Below, piece by piece: positions 51,146 to 63,775 of a stretch of DNA of 64,000 nt. Position 1 is the first letter of the stretch. Every line of letters starts with the position of its first letter. The stretch spans positions 36,022,303-36,086,302 of the forward strand of contig NC_068987.1 of the NCBI RefSeq assembly GCF_001194135.2, written 5' to 3'. Below the pieces are notes generated by a model, which made no database searches, was not told where the DNA came from, and saw only the letters and a program-made list of their open reading frames with translations. Source of the stretch: Octopus bimaculoides. Taxonomy: Eukaryota. The position numbers and the translations under genes are program-made.

Positions 51146-52494
51146 AGCTATTCTTTGGGGGGAGTGAGTTAGCGATGCTGCTCAAAATAACAATAAAACA
51201 GTTATCCACGTGGTCACCTAAAGAAGCTCTTAACCGCACCCACGTGACAGACACTCACAGGCATAGATATACTTGTATTTGTGCCGACACACAACTGTAT
51301 ATGTTTCAAATTTAATGTGGGTTACCATTAACAAATTGTGTCGCTCTCTGAAATGTCCGACAGTATAGCGATGAATTCGTCCAAATATATAAAAATGTAT
51401 CCTTCTGTCTCATTCTGAGATAAATGACTAAACGCATCAAATGTCGGAATATGTGGTTCAATAGCTACAAATCTGTGTACAGTAATTACGGGGTGAGCAG
51501 TAGAAAACGGTTTGAGATGTAATTTCAAATCATTCTGATGTACGAGCATTTACACAGTTCACAGAACATAGAGAAGACCAGAAGTGACAACACAGTCTGA
51601 AATTAGGACAGCTACCAGATATCGATGAATCACCACATCCTATAGTAATGTGTTATCAAATTAGTCTCTGTTGTATCAAGCTTCCTCTTTGTTACGGCAG
51701 ACCTATAAATGGAAACAAATCAAACACAATACGTCTTGACTGGTGTATCGAATCAAAGAATGACAAGATATCTGTAAAACTAAATGTAGAAATTATACAA
51801 GAATCAAAATTTAGGAACAGAAGTAACCCGAACGTAGAAACTGTAACACATATAATGAGAGATATCTACGGGAATAATAACAAAATTGCAGTGAAATTCA
51901 CAATGCAATGATTTAGACAGGCACACAGTATTAAGCAATAAAAAGATTTCTCAAAATAGCAGCAATATTAAGAATAATTAAAAATAAAAATGAAAGAAAT
52001 CAGGTGTTGTTGTGTAAACAAAACAAGTATAAGATGAAAAATGTGGTTTCTCTGGCAATAAGTAGAATAGACATACTTGTCATTGTGAAGCCGTATAATA
52101 ACAGATAAACGTATATATTTTTTTTAATATAGGATGTATTGATGAGTAAGCGAAAATGTAAATCTTAATGCGGAAACGTAGAAGGTAGATAAACTGGAGG
52201 TTTGCATTGTATTGAATTTGTTTCACAGTTGATGAAAATAGTGCAAAAGTAAACCAAAATACGTCAATAGAAATAAATACGACAATATCCGGTGGGTTTT
52301 CAATGCAAATTGGCAACATAATTGCAGTACACTGACCAGATATTATAATAAATGTAAAGGAAAGTGAAATGCACATTCCTGTACATAATTGGGAAAATTG
52401 AGAAGGAAAACAGTGTAACACCGAAATAGCAAAATCGAGGAAAAGAAAATGGGTGTGTATGTGTGTGGGGGGCGGCGTACGCGTACATGTATGC

Positions 52495-52525
<31 letters not shown>

Positions 52526-52885
52526 AGTAATTGTACGTGTGTAGATACATATCTGGATTTGTCGAAGAAGGGACAAAGTTACATTATTTTGCAAGTGAAT
52601 GTCGTTAACTTGATGGTAATGGGAGTGCAGAATACAGCATTGCATCTAGTATTTAGATGAGAGAAGACGTTGAAATTGCATGCTGGATAGTGGATTTGCG
52701 GTATACTGTCAATTTCAATTCTACAAAATACCGTTTACAAATTCCTTGGTGTTAAAGAATCTATTCACTAAATTTCAAGACATTAACCTTTCGCGCATCA
52801 ATGTGGGAGTGGTATATCTTAGCAACAATGCAAAATAAAGGAATAAATAAGAAAATTGGTTGACGAAGCAGAAAAGAAGTAGAAA

Positions 52886-52984
52886 ATGAAGAAGAAGAAG
52901 AAGAAGAAGAAGAAGAAGAAGAAGAAGAAGAAGAAGAAGAAGAAGAAGAAGAAGAAGAAGAAGAAGAAGAAGAAGAAGAAGAAG
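52886..52984. repeat. (GAA)n microsatellite
   Basis: Directly visible, pure tract. Confidence 0.97.
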
Positions 52985-54699
52985 GGGATGAGGAGAGGAG
53001 GGGGTAACTTGGCAGGCATATTGTTCCTTGATTATTGAAGCAAAATCTGACGTAAGGTTCTCCAAATCTAAACTTGCAAACCAGTCGCCAAAATTTCGTC
53101 TCTCTGGTATTTAGGTTTTTTTATTAAATAAAACAGAACAACAGAGCAAAAGACCACTTTCATGGATAAAAAAAAATGAAGCTGTAACTTCATATGTAAT
53201 TGAGATTTTCTTGCTGCAAACCAATTCTTGGCTATTGATTCCACACGTTGTGGGTCAAGCACACCTGCTTAAATCAAATTGAATGAAACCAAGGCAAAGA
53301 ATTCTACAGTAGGATAGTGTTTTATGCAGAGCACTGTTTTGTACATCTTTCGTTCGTTTCTATGGAAAACATTGACATTTAATTTTTGTAAAGAACATCC
53401 AAAATAAAATAAAAAACTATATTTATAAACAAGCTTTGGTGGAAAGCTTCATTGTTTTATTTTATAAATGTTGATATATCCATGCTTTCCTTCCGTTATC
53501 TGTTTTTGTTTTGTTTTGTTTTTATTTTTGTTTTGTTTTGTTTTGTTTCTTTGTTCACAGTTAACACAATATCATTTCATTTGTTGGCACCAGTCCAAAA
53601 ATTTCTCTCCATATGGCCTCATCCCTTTAGAAAACTCAGTTTGTTACTTGACTAAGGTCCTAGACAAAACCCCATCAAATCACACCCGGGCAACATAGAG
53701 GAAGAAAGCGGCGCCAAGGAAATGCGTGTAGGTTATAGTTCAACAACTTGATCATGTCTGATTTGGCGCTTAAACGTAACCGCAACTGCAATGAGATCGA
53801 TCATATGTGGTATGAATTATGTAAGAATATTTTTTAAAATATATCCAACAAACTTTTGTAGTTATCTTGAGGGAAATACATTCAGAAATAATTGTATTTC
53901 TTCACCAATTCCTCAGAAAATGGTTTTGTATGAATAATTCTCTGTATGCACAGTTGTACCAATTCCATTGTTTAGCCATCATGTTGGAATCAACGTGTAG
54001 CTGTATATTTGTTATTTCTCCAACAATTTCATTTTTTTTTTTTTGCTGCTTCATTTGATTACAACAGATATCTCTATGGATTTTGGTTTTCATTTTAGGA
54101 CAGTAGTTGCTATTTCGAAATTGTTTCGTTTCCAGTACACAAACATTCATATTTCCAATTACACGCTCTGTTATCAACTCCCACTGCCACACACAAATGT
54201 TAGAGGAAATTTTTGCTACCATGTCAGAAATAACAATTAAGAGAGAGAGAGAGCGGGTGGAATACATAATATTGAAGCAGTACTCCTCATATTTTATACA
54301 AGGTTAACATAAACAGAGCAAATGTAACAAACGGTAGAGAAAGGAAACTTAATAAGCAAACAAACAGGAGCTAATTACAGAGCTTACGCCCCGCAGGAAA
54401 CATAATGCAGCACTGCGATAGACAAAAACTAAAATAAATCAACCACAAAATCAATAAATATAAAACCATGTCTTCCACTTTAGAGGAAAGACGTGAGATT
54501 TAAGGGGAGGAAGTTAAATGAAAACAGAATTTATTATTTGATTGATACATTATTTTATTGACTGTGAAAGGGTAAAAAGCAGCGTTAACCTCGGTGCTCA
54601 GAATAGTCCTTGTAATATATAGAACCGGAATAAAGATTATGTGGCTTGTTATCTGACTAACCAAACTTTTTTCCAATTTATTGCCTTTCCGAAAGACAC

Positions 54700-54845
54700 C
54701 AAAACACACTTGCTTATTTTATTGACCCTGAAATGAGGAAAGGCAAAGTCGACCTCCGTGCAAATTTAGACTCAGATCATAAAAGCTAGAAATCTTGTTA
54801 AGCATTTTGTGCCACGTACTAACAATCCAACCAGCTCGCCTCCTT
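54700..54845 (-). mobile_element. SINE family A, degraded
   Basis: GAGGAAAGGCAAAGTCGACCTCCG...TAAGCATTTTG...CCAGCTCGCCTCC. Confidence 0.8.
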
Positions 54846-54985
54846 AATAAACTGTTCTACTGTAGGCACAAGCCCGAAAATTAGCGGCATTATTTCATCA
54901 ACCACGAAAGGAACAATGACGACTTTGTTAATACCCAATGCAATTTAAGTGGATCAGCGAGAGTAAAGGCCAAATTATTATTTAT

Positions 54986-55046
<61 letters not shown>

Positions 55047-55599
55047 TAAAGTTTTCCAGTGACACGAATGACGAATGTGAGTTGAAAGTCTTTGATTAAT
55101 AACTAAATTTCATCATGCCTCTAATAGAAAACACACCTTTACTATTATCTGAAAACTAAACCCTAAAACAATGTAGATAGTTTGGAAAAATAAGGACGCT
55201 GTACACGGGAGTAGAATGTTATTCTACTCTTCGTTTGGAAAATCTATTGAGCATTAGAATTTATAGAAACAGATGTAATTTGGTGATTCTGCATATTAAT
55301 ATATTTAGCATAATATACACCTGTACTGTTGGATTTTATTTTTAAAAATTAGTCAGTTAATTGTTTACTTTCTAAACGAACTTACATTGTGGTTTTACTT
55401 TCAGTTACATGGATAATTTCTTGATGCACTCAGATAATATTTCAAAGTCGATTTAGCAAATCTATTGAAAGGGCAAAACAGGATTTACCTGTAACTGAAT
55501 AGTTTAAACTTATGTCCTATAGATATATTTTACGAATCAAACAGACGAAATCTATAATTAAATCAAAAATATTGAAAAAGAAATATTTGTTTCAAATGT

Positions 55600-55780
55600 C
55601 GGCTCAAACACAAATTACATCGACCCCAGTGCTCAATTGGTACTTATTTTATCGGCTCCGCAAGGATGAAAGGCAGAGCCGAACTCGGCAGAATTTGAGT
55701 TCAAAGCCTATATTGACAGACGAAATGGTGCTAAGAATTTTGAGCAGCGTGCTGACGATTTTGCAAGTTCACCATCTTAA
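55600..55780 (-). mobile_element. SINE family A, degraded
   Basis: TTACATCGACCCCAGTGCTCAATTGGTACTTATTTTATCG...GGATGAAAGGCAGAGCCGAACTCGGCAGAATTTGA. Confidence 0.85.
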
Positions 55781-56970
55781 CTGTAAAGAGAAATATTAAA
55801 ACGAAGAAAATGACAAATAATACGCCAGAGTATTTCATGAAACAGTGATCTCATCACAGCAGGATGTATTCGCAAAAACAAACGACACGTTCTACAACGT
55901 AAGTGAAATACAGTTGCATTAAATACGGAACAAAAAAATCTAAAGCGGACAATACTAGGAGATTAACCATTCAGAATGGACATGATCCATAACCTGCTCT
56001 CTATTCTGCCAAAGTGTATTACGCCAACCACGCCTTATGGCGTTGAAATCTTTTCTAAGCTCTAAAACATCATCTGTGTACTGTTATTTTGTTGTGCATG
56101 TTATTTCTGCCTTGCTCTGTATGGTTAATGTTAAGTGTATTTCTCATAATGTGGATAGAGCATCTATTTCTGGAAAAAAATTTGCTTTGCTTCAGATGCA
56201 TTGACTCTAAACATTCGTTTGTTTTTTTCATATTTAGCAGCTACGAAGGCGTTAGAATTTCCGTTTTTATTTTTTTCTGTACGTATGTGTCTAATGCAAT
56301 TGTACTTGTTTCACATATCATCTCATGCTGCAAAAACATTTTCTTCTATTCTGCATAAACGTATTCGTACAAAGCTTGTCAGATTTTGAGTGATGTAGCA
56401 TAAATTTTGTCAATAGTCATATTTTATTTTTGCTTATATACTAATATATGATATATATTGCATGCTTCACTTTAAATATTGCACAGCTCTATAATGTCCA
56501 AGAATTTGTAATTGAAATGAAACTGGTGTGATTCTCTGGGTTATAAAACTACATACTCACAAGGTGTTTAAAGCAGACCAACAAGATACGTATAAAACAT
56601 AAATGACTCAGGACCTGTAAATTAATTTATGTATCGTTCACAAATAATGACATTTCGGTAAACATGTATGAAACACTATTTCAATGAAAATACAGGTACA
56701 AATGAAAATTTTCTTCACAATCGTAATATAATAGCGAATTGTAAGTATAATTCAGGAACAGAAACGCAGAGGTATCTAACTCACATTACAGTGAAGTAAT
56801 CCAAAAAGCTGCGATGTTATGAGTTTTTGATAACCTGCAGATGTGTATACCTGATGAAAATTTAAGCTTTTAGAAATATATGCACTGGAATGGAAGAGAA
56901 ACATAACAGTAACAACAACAGTAGCAACAACAATAAAAACAACAGCAATAATAATAATAATAATAATAAT

Positions 56971-57546
56971 ACGACAGAGCTGGGACCTATATACACTGGA
57001 AGCTATGCCAACATTATGGAATAGCAACAGAAAAAAGATGGTATAAACACACGCCAGAAAAGGTCACAGAAAACGAGAAAGCAACCATACTCTGGGATAT
57101 GCCAATACACACAGATAGAGAAATTAAGGCAAATAGACCAGATATAGTTGTCAAAGATCATGAAGGAAAAAAATGCCTTCTAATTGATGTTTCAATACCA
57201 GCAGATGATAACGTTTCTATAAAAGAAATGGAAAAACTTTCAAAATACAAAGAACTGGAAATAGAGATAACTCGAATGTGGAATCTAAAAACAGAAACAA
57301 TTCCTATCATAGTAGGTGCCTTAGGTATAATAAAAAAATATTCAGACAAATACATAACAAAAACACCAGGACTTACAAATATATATAACATACAGAAAAT
57401 TGCACTACTGGGTACTGCACACATTCTACGCAAAACACTTTCAATACAGTAAACATAAGAGCACCACAGCAAACCACAGCACGTACCCAAGGCGCACAGA
57501 GCTGCGCTCGGTAGTGAAGTGAAAGCACGTTATAAAAATAAAACTA

Positions 57547-57550
<4 letters not shown>
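56971..57550 (+). mobile_element. R4/Dong-like retrotransposon 3' fragment (RLE domain plus 3' UTR), between (AAT)n tracts
   Basis: ORF 57099-57452 WDMPIHTDREIKANRPDIVV...IDVSIP...KEMEKLSKY...IPIIVGALG...IQKIALLGTAHILRKTLSIQ* (PD..D...K restriction-like endonuclease). Confidence 0.95.
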
Positions 57551-57615
<65 letters not shown>

Positions 57616-57629
57616 AATAATAATAATAA

Positions 57630-58303
57630 GTAACTGCAGAATATGTGACGATGGACAAGAAACAATAAATCATATTGTCTCTGGCTGCTCAGTCCTGGCT
57701 AAGAAGGAATATATTCACAGACACGTCAGAGCTGGGACCTATATACACTGGAAGCTATGCCACCACTATGGAATAACAACAGAAAAAAGATGGTATAAAC
57801 ACATGCCAGAAAAGGTCACTGAAAACGAGAAAGCAACCATACTCTGGGATATGCCAATACACACAGAAAGAGAAATTAAGACCATTAGACCAGATATGGT
57901 TGTCAAAGATCACGAAGGAAAAACATGCTTTCTAATTGATGTATCAATACCAGCAGATGACAACGTTTATCTAAAAGAAATGGAAAAACTTTCAAAATAC
58001 AAAGACCTGGAAATAGAGGTAACTCGAATGTGGAATCTAAAAGCAGAAACAATTCCTATCATAGTAGGTGCCTTAAGTATAATAAAAAGATATTCAGACA
58101 AATACATAACAAAACAAAACAGGTCCTACAAATATATATAACATACAGAAAATTGTACTACTGGGCACTGCACACATCCTACGCAAAACACTTTCAATAC
58201 AGTAACCATAAGAGCATCACAGCAAACCATAGCACATACCCAAGGCACACAGGGCTGCGCTCGGTAGTGAAGTGAAAGCACGTTATAAAAATGAAACTAC
58301 TGA
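57630..58303 (+). mobile_element. R4/Dong-like retrotransposon 3' fragment (CCHC knuckle, RLE, 3' UTR), tandem with the previous copy
   Basis: CRICDDGQETINHIVSGC (Cx2Cx8Hx4C), RPDMVV...IDVSIP...K; same 3' UTR followed by (AAT)n. Confidence 0.95.
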
Positions 58304-58314
58304 ATAATAATAGT

Positions 58315-58397
<83 letters not shown>

Positions 58398-58480
58398 TAA
58401 TAATGATAATAATAATAATAATAATAATTAATATTATTATTATTATTATCATTATTATTATTATTATTATTATTACTATT
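58304..58480. repeat. (AAT)n-(ATT)n head-to-head microsatellite formed by two opposed retroelement tails
   Basis: Polarity switch at ~58430. Confidence 0.9.
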
Positions 58481-58489
58481 TCATTTTTG

Positions 58490-59739
58490 GCCACTAAGGC
58501 CGACATATATGGGACAATAGACTAGACAAGGACAGTGGGGATTTTACACAAAATACAACTAGTACACAATTAAAACAATAACAATAATATCAAGTAAAAA
58601 GATTATAACAATGAAAGTTCCCCAATAAGGGTTAACCACCTCGACTTGTCTCAGGCACCCCATCAATCTTGAGCCACTCGATACTTTGAGGGCATCCAGT
58701 CCAGGAAGGGCTCCTTTCTCCCTTTCAAATTCACTAGCCTACAAGCTCATTATTAGAGTAGGTCCACTCACGCGGGTCATTTTCGCCACATTCATCCACC
58801 TTTTAACAAATATACGGGTAGGCAGCACTTCTTTCGCCACCCGCATCTTCCTTTCCAAATGAAATTTGAAGAAGTTGATGCGTGATTGTCCGAAGAGAAA
58901 AGCGTTTGACTTCAGTCCTTTCAACCTGCTTCACCATACCTCTTTCACTACTCCTATCAGACAGAGGAAAATTACCTGCCCTTCCGTACCAATAGAAGGC
59001 AGCGGATCAATATTCACTATGGACTCAGCCGATAGCCGGATCCGTCCTACACATGATAACGACTGCTCAACATAACTCCACAAGTCAGTAATACACTGGA
59101 CGAGTGCGTGCAGGGCGGTTTTGTCGCTCTGCACGCATCTTGTGCAGGTCCATATGACTGCACTTCCGTGCCTGTAGAATTTATCTCGAAGCAGCAGTGA
59201 CAACCACCCAACCCCACCCCGGTAGCACTGCCAATCTGTTGATGTCTGGAAGATATATATCGTCCCCGGCTTGAAAATCCTCCTTAACAGACTGGTTAGT
59301 TCGATTTCGGCAACGCGTAGCGTCTCTCCAAGGGCGTCATCGTTCTTTCCCTCCACTAATCCTCTATAGAAGTAAAGAGTGGATGTTCTACTGATCGCAT
59401 TGCCCGACTGGTAGAGGACTGTGAACGCCTGGCAACATTCCAGATGCCTGTCATACTGCGTCGGTCTCTTCCTGATCCAGGACTGCAGATCACTCAAGGA
59501 GACGAGCTGGAGAAAGGTCCGTTTGACAAGCGGCAACCACACCGGTTCATCATTTTAGACAGAATATCTGGAGTGCAGCAGCCTCGGAGCATGTCTGCGC
59601 ATCTTTAGCCACGGCATGCCCAGCCATCCGCGTGGAGGGCGTTGACAGTAGATGGACCGCCTCACCGATGGAACCTGTCAGCTCTACAAGAATTTGAAGA
59701 GGAGACGCTCCGACTTGGTGAGGCACCTATGGGAGCAAG
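58490..59739 (-). mobile_element. Tx1/L1-clade LINE 3' portion (thumb, C-terminal Cys-rich region, 3' UTR, (AAT)n tail)
   Basis: Minus translation LTKSERLLFKFL...VRRSIYCQ.P..G.LGMPWL..RRHA.RL; ORF 58931-59542 ...RDKFYRHGS...CTRC...KTALHALVQC...LWSYVE; ORF 58739-58924 ...F.KRWMNVAKM. Confidence 0.85.
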
Positions 59740-61762
59740 TCCTAGCTGTCCCTAACAGCACTGTTTTGTAGAGGTGTACTAAACTAGGTTTTATGCTTAT
59801 TTCTTCTCTCCATCAGTTGAAATTTTTAGATATAGTTCCCAATGCACCTATAGCTACTAGTATACATTTAACCCGCACTCTCCGTAATCTCTGTAATTCA
59901 ATGGCTAGGTCATAGCACTTTGCTATTTTTTCTATACCCCTCATATTGATTTTTTTCATCATTTGGGACTCTAAAGTCAATTCTCTGGCGTTTTCTATTC
60001 TATTTATCTCCTACTACAAAATCAAGTCTTCTAGCTTCTATCACACTGTCAGTGTTACTGTTGTTAAAGTCCAACAACATCTCATATTTCTTACTGTCTA
60101 GTATCTTACTATAATCTTCTTTATACCATTTATCATTATGTCCAAATGCCAGCTTTCTACATAACGCCCAGCGGATTACTCTCCCTAGGTTGTCATATCT
60201 TTATTTTGTATTCTTTCGGTGTGCTGTATTCACTTACTATAGGGGTACATCTTTCCTCTTTTAATTTGCGTAGCCTACATTGGAAATGTACTTGGTTTAT
60301 GTATACCTTGTCTTTTATCCAGTTAGTTCTTAATGTTTGATGTTGTGCTGCTATTAACAAGCTTTCTGTCTCGATTTTCAGCCTTCCTTTCTGCAACCAT
60401 AACCATACCTCACTACTATTATTTGCTGCAACTATCTTGGGAATTTACTATGCAAAGCATTCTTCTGGCAGTGAGATAACTTCTGGGGTTTTTTGTCTGT
60501 CTTTTTTTTCTCGTTTTTAACATTGTTTCCGTTTTTGGTTTCTTTATATCTTGCTGCGACTCCAGGAGCTTTTAGTAAACTTTCTACACTATTACCTACA
60601 AAGGACTCTATATCTACTCTAGCTAATAACACGCAGTCTTCTACTGGTATTAAACCTTCATTCTAACTAAAAAGCGTCAGATCATCCTTGTAGAGCAAAT
60701 GGTTAATTTCTCCATTATTATTTCTGAACTGATACCCTGCCTTTCCCTTTCTTAATACTACCCTTCCCTAATACTACTACTTCTAACATGCCTCTTTGTA
60801 CCAAAATGGTTAACATCCATTTTATATAGCCCCTTCCTTTAGGTTCCCTTTCCAAGTAGCACTGCATCACTATACTGTTTTCTGCGCAGCTCCACTCACT
60901 TCTCTTTAGTCTATTAAGTGCTGATGCTGTATTAGGATAACAGCTGTGCTCAGTCTGACTCATAGCCGAGCGGGAAGCCTTCCTTTAAAGGTCCCGCTTT
61001 ATTTTTACAGAAACTTCACGCTCTCATATACTGAGGTAAAACGTCATCACCACTATTATCTAAATTTAAACGTTTCAAGCAACTTTCTGTTGCATCATTT
61101 GTTGCACCTTTGCGCTGGTGAAGTGGAGTGTGCTGCATTTTTTGTGAGGGTAACATTGTATTGCATCAGCATGTTTTATTATGGGATTTGGTTTGAGTCT
61201 TCTGTTGTGATATTTTTGTATTGTGTGTTGTTTGTGCAGCATATGTTGTGTTCTTCTATTGGGTATCGGATGTCACTGGTACATGTTGTGGGCTTTGCTC
61301 ATTTTGTTGGGTATTTAATGTATGAGTTTATTCTTGTATGTTTCTGGAGGAGCGTTGCATAGTAGTGCAAATAATAATTCAACCATTTCATGGCATTCAT
61401 GGCAATCATGGTTATCTCTCCTTCGTACTCTCTCTTTTTGGTTGGTTTTCATAACCATTTCATAATATTCAGAGGTATCTCTCTATCGTTTTGTTTGCAA
61501 CGTTTAAGGTTTGAAAGAAAACCACCCATGGACGTGTATTCATGTTTTTCTCGTATTTATAATTAATATTGATGTATAAGCGAGAGATCGACTAAAACAG
61601 CAATGTGCATATATATAGAGGTCTTGTATATATATGGATGTATGTGTAATTAAAATTTAAAATTCAAAATATTACAATTTTGCAATTTTCGTATAGGAAT
61701 ATTGCAGTCCATGTGTTTACATTTTCATGCATATATTGCTGCGGCGGCGCATGCGAGGGAAG
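59740..61762 (-). mobile_element. Internally deleted R4/Dong-like element (same family as 9596-13256), 3' end fused to the Tx1 fragment
   Basis: Leader 60960-61762; N-terminal W..AEN.IVMQCY...EPK.RGY.K.M...L.QRGMLEV (ORF 60718-60963); GEINHLLYKDDLTLF; KGRLKIETESLLIAAQ.Q.LRTN; VAIGALG; ends at GGGACAGCTAGGA (LLGTAR). Confidence 0.85.
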
Positions 61763-61939
61763 ATATATATANNNNNNNNNNNNNNNNNNNNNNNNNNNNN
61801 NNNNNNNATATATATATATATATATATACATTTATATGTAAGAGAAATCTTTCAGTTTCCTGAGATGGCTTACAACGCGGATTCTCAATTCCTGCTTCGT
61901 GATCGTTTCAGATTTTATGAATCTTTCAGCTCGGTATTT

Positions 61940-62294
61940 CCGGTATGTTTGTGGAGGAGCGTTGCTTAGTAGTGTCTGTAAATCATAAATCAACCATGTG
62001 ATAATATTTAGAGCTATCTCTTTGGTTGGTTTTGCTATTGATTCTTTTTTACAATGTTTACCTTTTGACAGAACACCACCTATGAACTTATGTAGATGTT
62101 TTTTACGTAGTTATAATTATTATTGATACATGAGGGAGAGACCGAGAAGAAACAGCAATGTGTATACATATAGGGAGAGAGGTTTTGTACAAATATGGAT
62201 GTATATGTAATTAAATTTAGACTTTACAATTCTATTCACAAGTTTGCAGTTTACCTATAGAAATATTGCAGTCCATGTGTTTACATTTTGCGCA

Positions 62295-62295
<1 letters not shown>
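61940..62295 (-). mobile_element. Additional diverged copy of the leader of the R4/Dong-like element
   Basis: GGAGGAGCGTTGC.TAGTAGTG and ATATTGCAGTCCATGTGTTTACATTTT shared with 61346-61730. Confidence 0.8.
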
Positions 62296-62340
<45 letters not shown>

Positions 62341-62354
62341 GTTGTTGTTGTTGC

Positions 62355-62385
<31 letters not shown>

Positions 62386-62518
62386 ATTGTTGTTGTTGTT
62401 GTTGTTATTGTTGTTGTTGTTCTTGTTGTCGTCGTCGTCGTCGTCGTCGTTTTCGTCGTCGTCATCATCATCATCTTCATCATCATCTTCATCATCATCA
62501 TCATCTTCATCATCATCA

Positions 62519-62582
<64 letters not shown>

Positions 62583-62610
62583 TATCATCATTGTTATTAT
62601 TATCATTGCT
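62296..62610. repeat. In-register compound trinucleotide tract ATT>GTT>GTC>ATC>ATT
   Basis: Directly visible. Confidence 0.95.
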
Positions 62611-63665
62611 ATGTGCTTGTTTTTTTTCTTCTTCGAATTTTATTCCATTTCTCGTCGAGTGTTTTCCGTACACCTAGGGCAGAGAAGCTCATTCTGTGCA
62701 TTCACAGTTTACACACGCAAATTCATGGAAAAATATGTATTAAAAAAAAATTAATAAATAAATAAGTTCATGAATAGATGTTTTCACAGCGATAATGCTC
62801 TTCTCAGTACATGAGTCATTTCAGTTAACACGATTTTGTCCACTTTCTGTAGGGATGGTAAGCCTGGTATCATTTTAAAATATGTTTCAGTACCTTTTTT
62901 TATCATTCCTAGAGATCCTACAATCACTGGAATGGTAGTCGCCTTGCGATGCTACATTTTTTTCAATTACTATTAGCAAGTTTTTATTTTTACTGATCTT
63001 GTCAAATTATTTCCCCGCTATATTATGATCGCAAGGAATACTCATGATAAACACATCTTTTTTGTCTGATCTTTTATAATAATATCCGGTTTATTAGCTT
63101 TTATAGTTTTTCCTGTATGTACGGGGAAGTCCCAGAGAATCGACACATTTTCTCACTTCAGGATGGTGTTTATACCATATGTCAGCGGTTTTTATTTTAT
63201 AATGCCGACATATTGTCCAGTGTAAATACTGACCGACTCTGTCATGTCTTGTTTTATATTCTACAGGTGCTAAGATTCTACACCCTGAGATTAGATGGTT
63301 TATATTTTTAATCTCATCGTTACAGAGTCGGAATTTTGGGTCAGCTCCATTATTTATCACATCGGCTTGGTAGTTCCGGGTTAATAATCTTTGGTCTGCA
63401 GCAGCTAATATGAAACCTGCACTCTCTGCTTTTAGCCTTGAGCTTCGTAACTATTAATGCGTGTATTTCTGGTCGACATCAGCCTGTTTCCTTCAGGCCA
63501 CATACTTGCCAGGCAGAGGTTTATTTTCCTATCTGCTAGCAATTTTTTCATATACTATTGTATTTGCATTAAATGTATTTTCTTTGCAGCAGCAGTTGGC
63601 GAATTCCCTTTAACCTAATGAATCTGTTAAGTATCTATTAGATCAGTACCGAATTTTTTGCTCTC
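62610..63665 (-). mobile_element. R4/Dong-like retrotransposon 3' fragment (another family)
   Basis: Minus translation GFILAAADQ.L.TRNY...DPKFRLCNDEIKNINHLISGC..LA..EYK.RHDRVGQYLHW.IC...NKPDIII...TTIPVIVGSLGMI...THVLRRALSL*; 3' UTR runs into (AAT)n at 62610. Confidence 0.88.
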
Positions 63666-63669
63666 ATTC

Positions 63670-63699
63670 AGAACATAGTTGTTGTTGTTGTTTTTATTA

Positions 63700-63761
<62 letters not shown>

Positions 63762-63775
63762 ATTATTATTATTAT
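63670..63775. repeat. (GTT)n/(ATT)n microsatellite
   Basis: Directly visible; separates two RLE fragments. Confidence 0.95.

Noticed and set aside
56840-56890. Second hammerhead-like motif (CTGATGA...GAAATATA)
   Set aside because: Stem II is weak, stem I is out of register and there is no associated PLE sequence.
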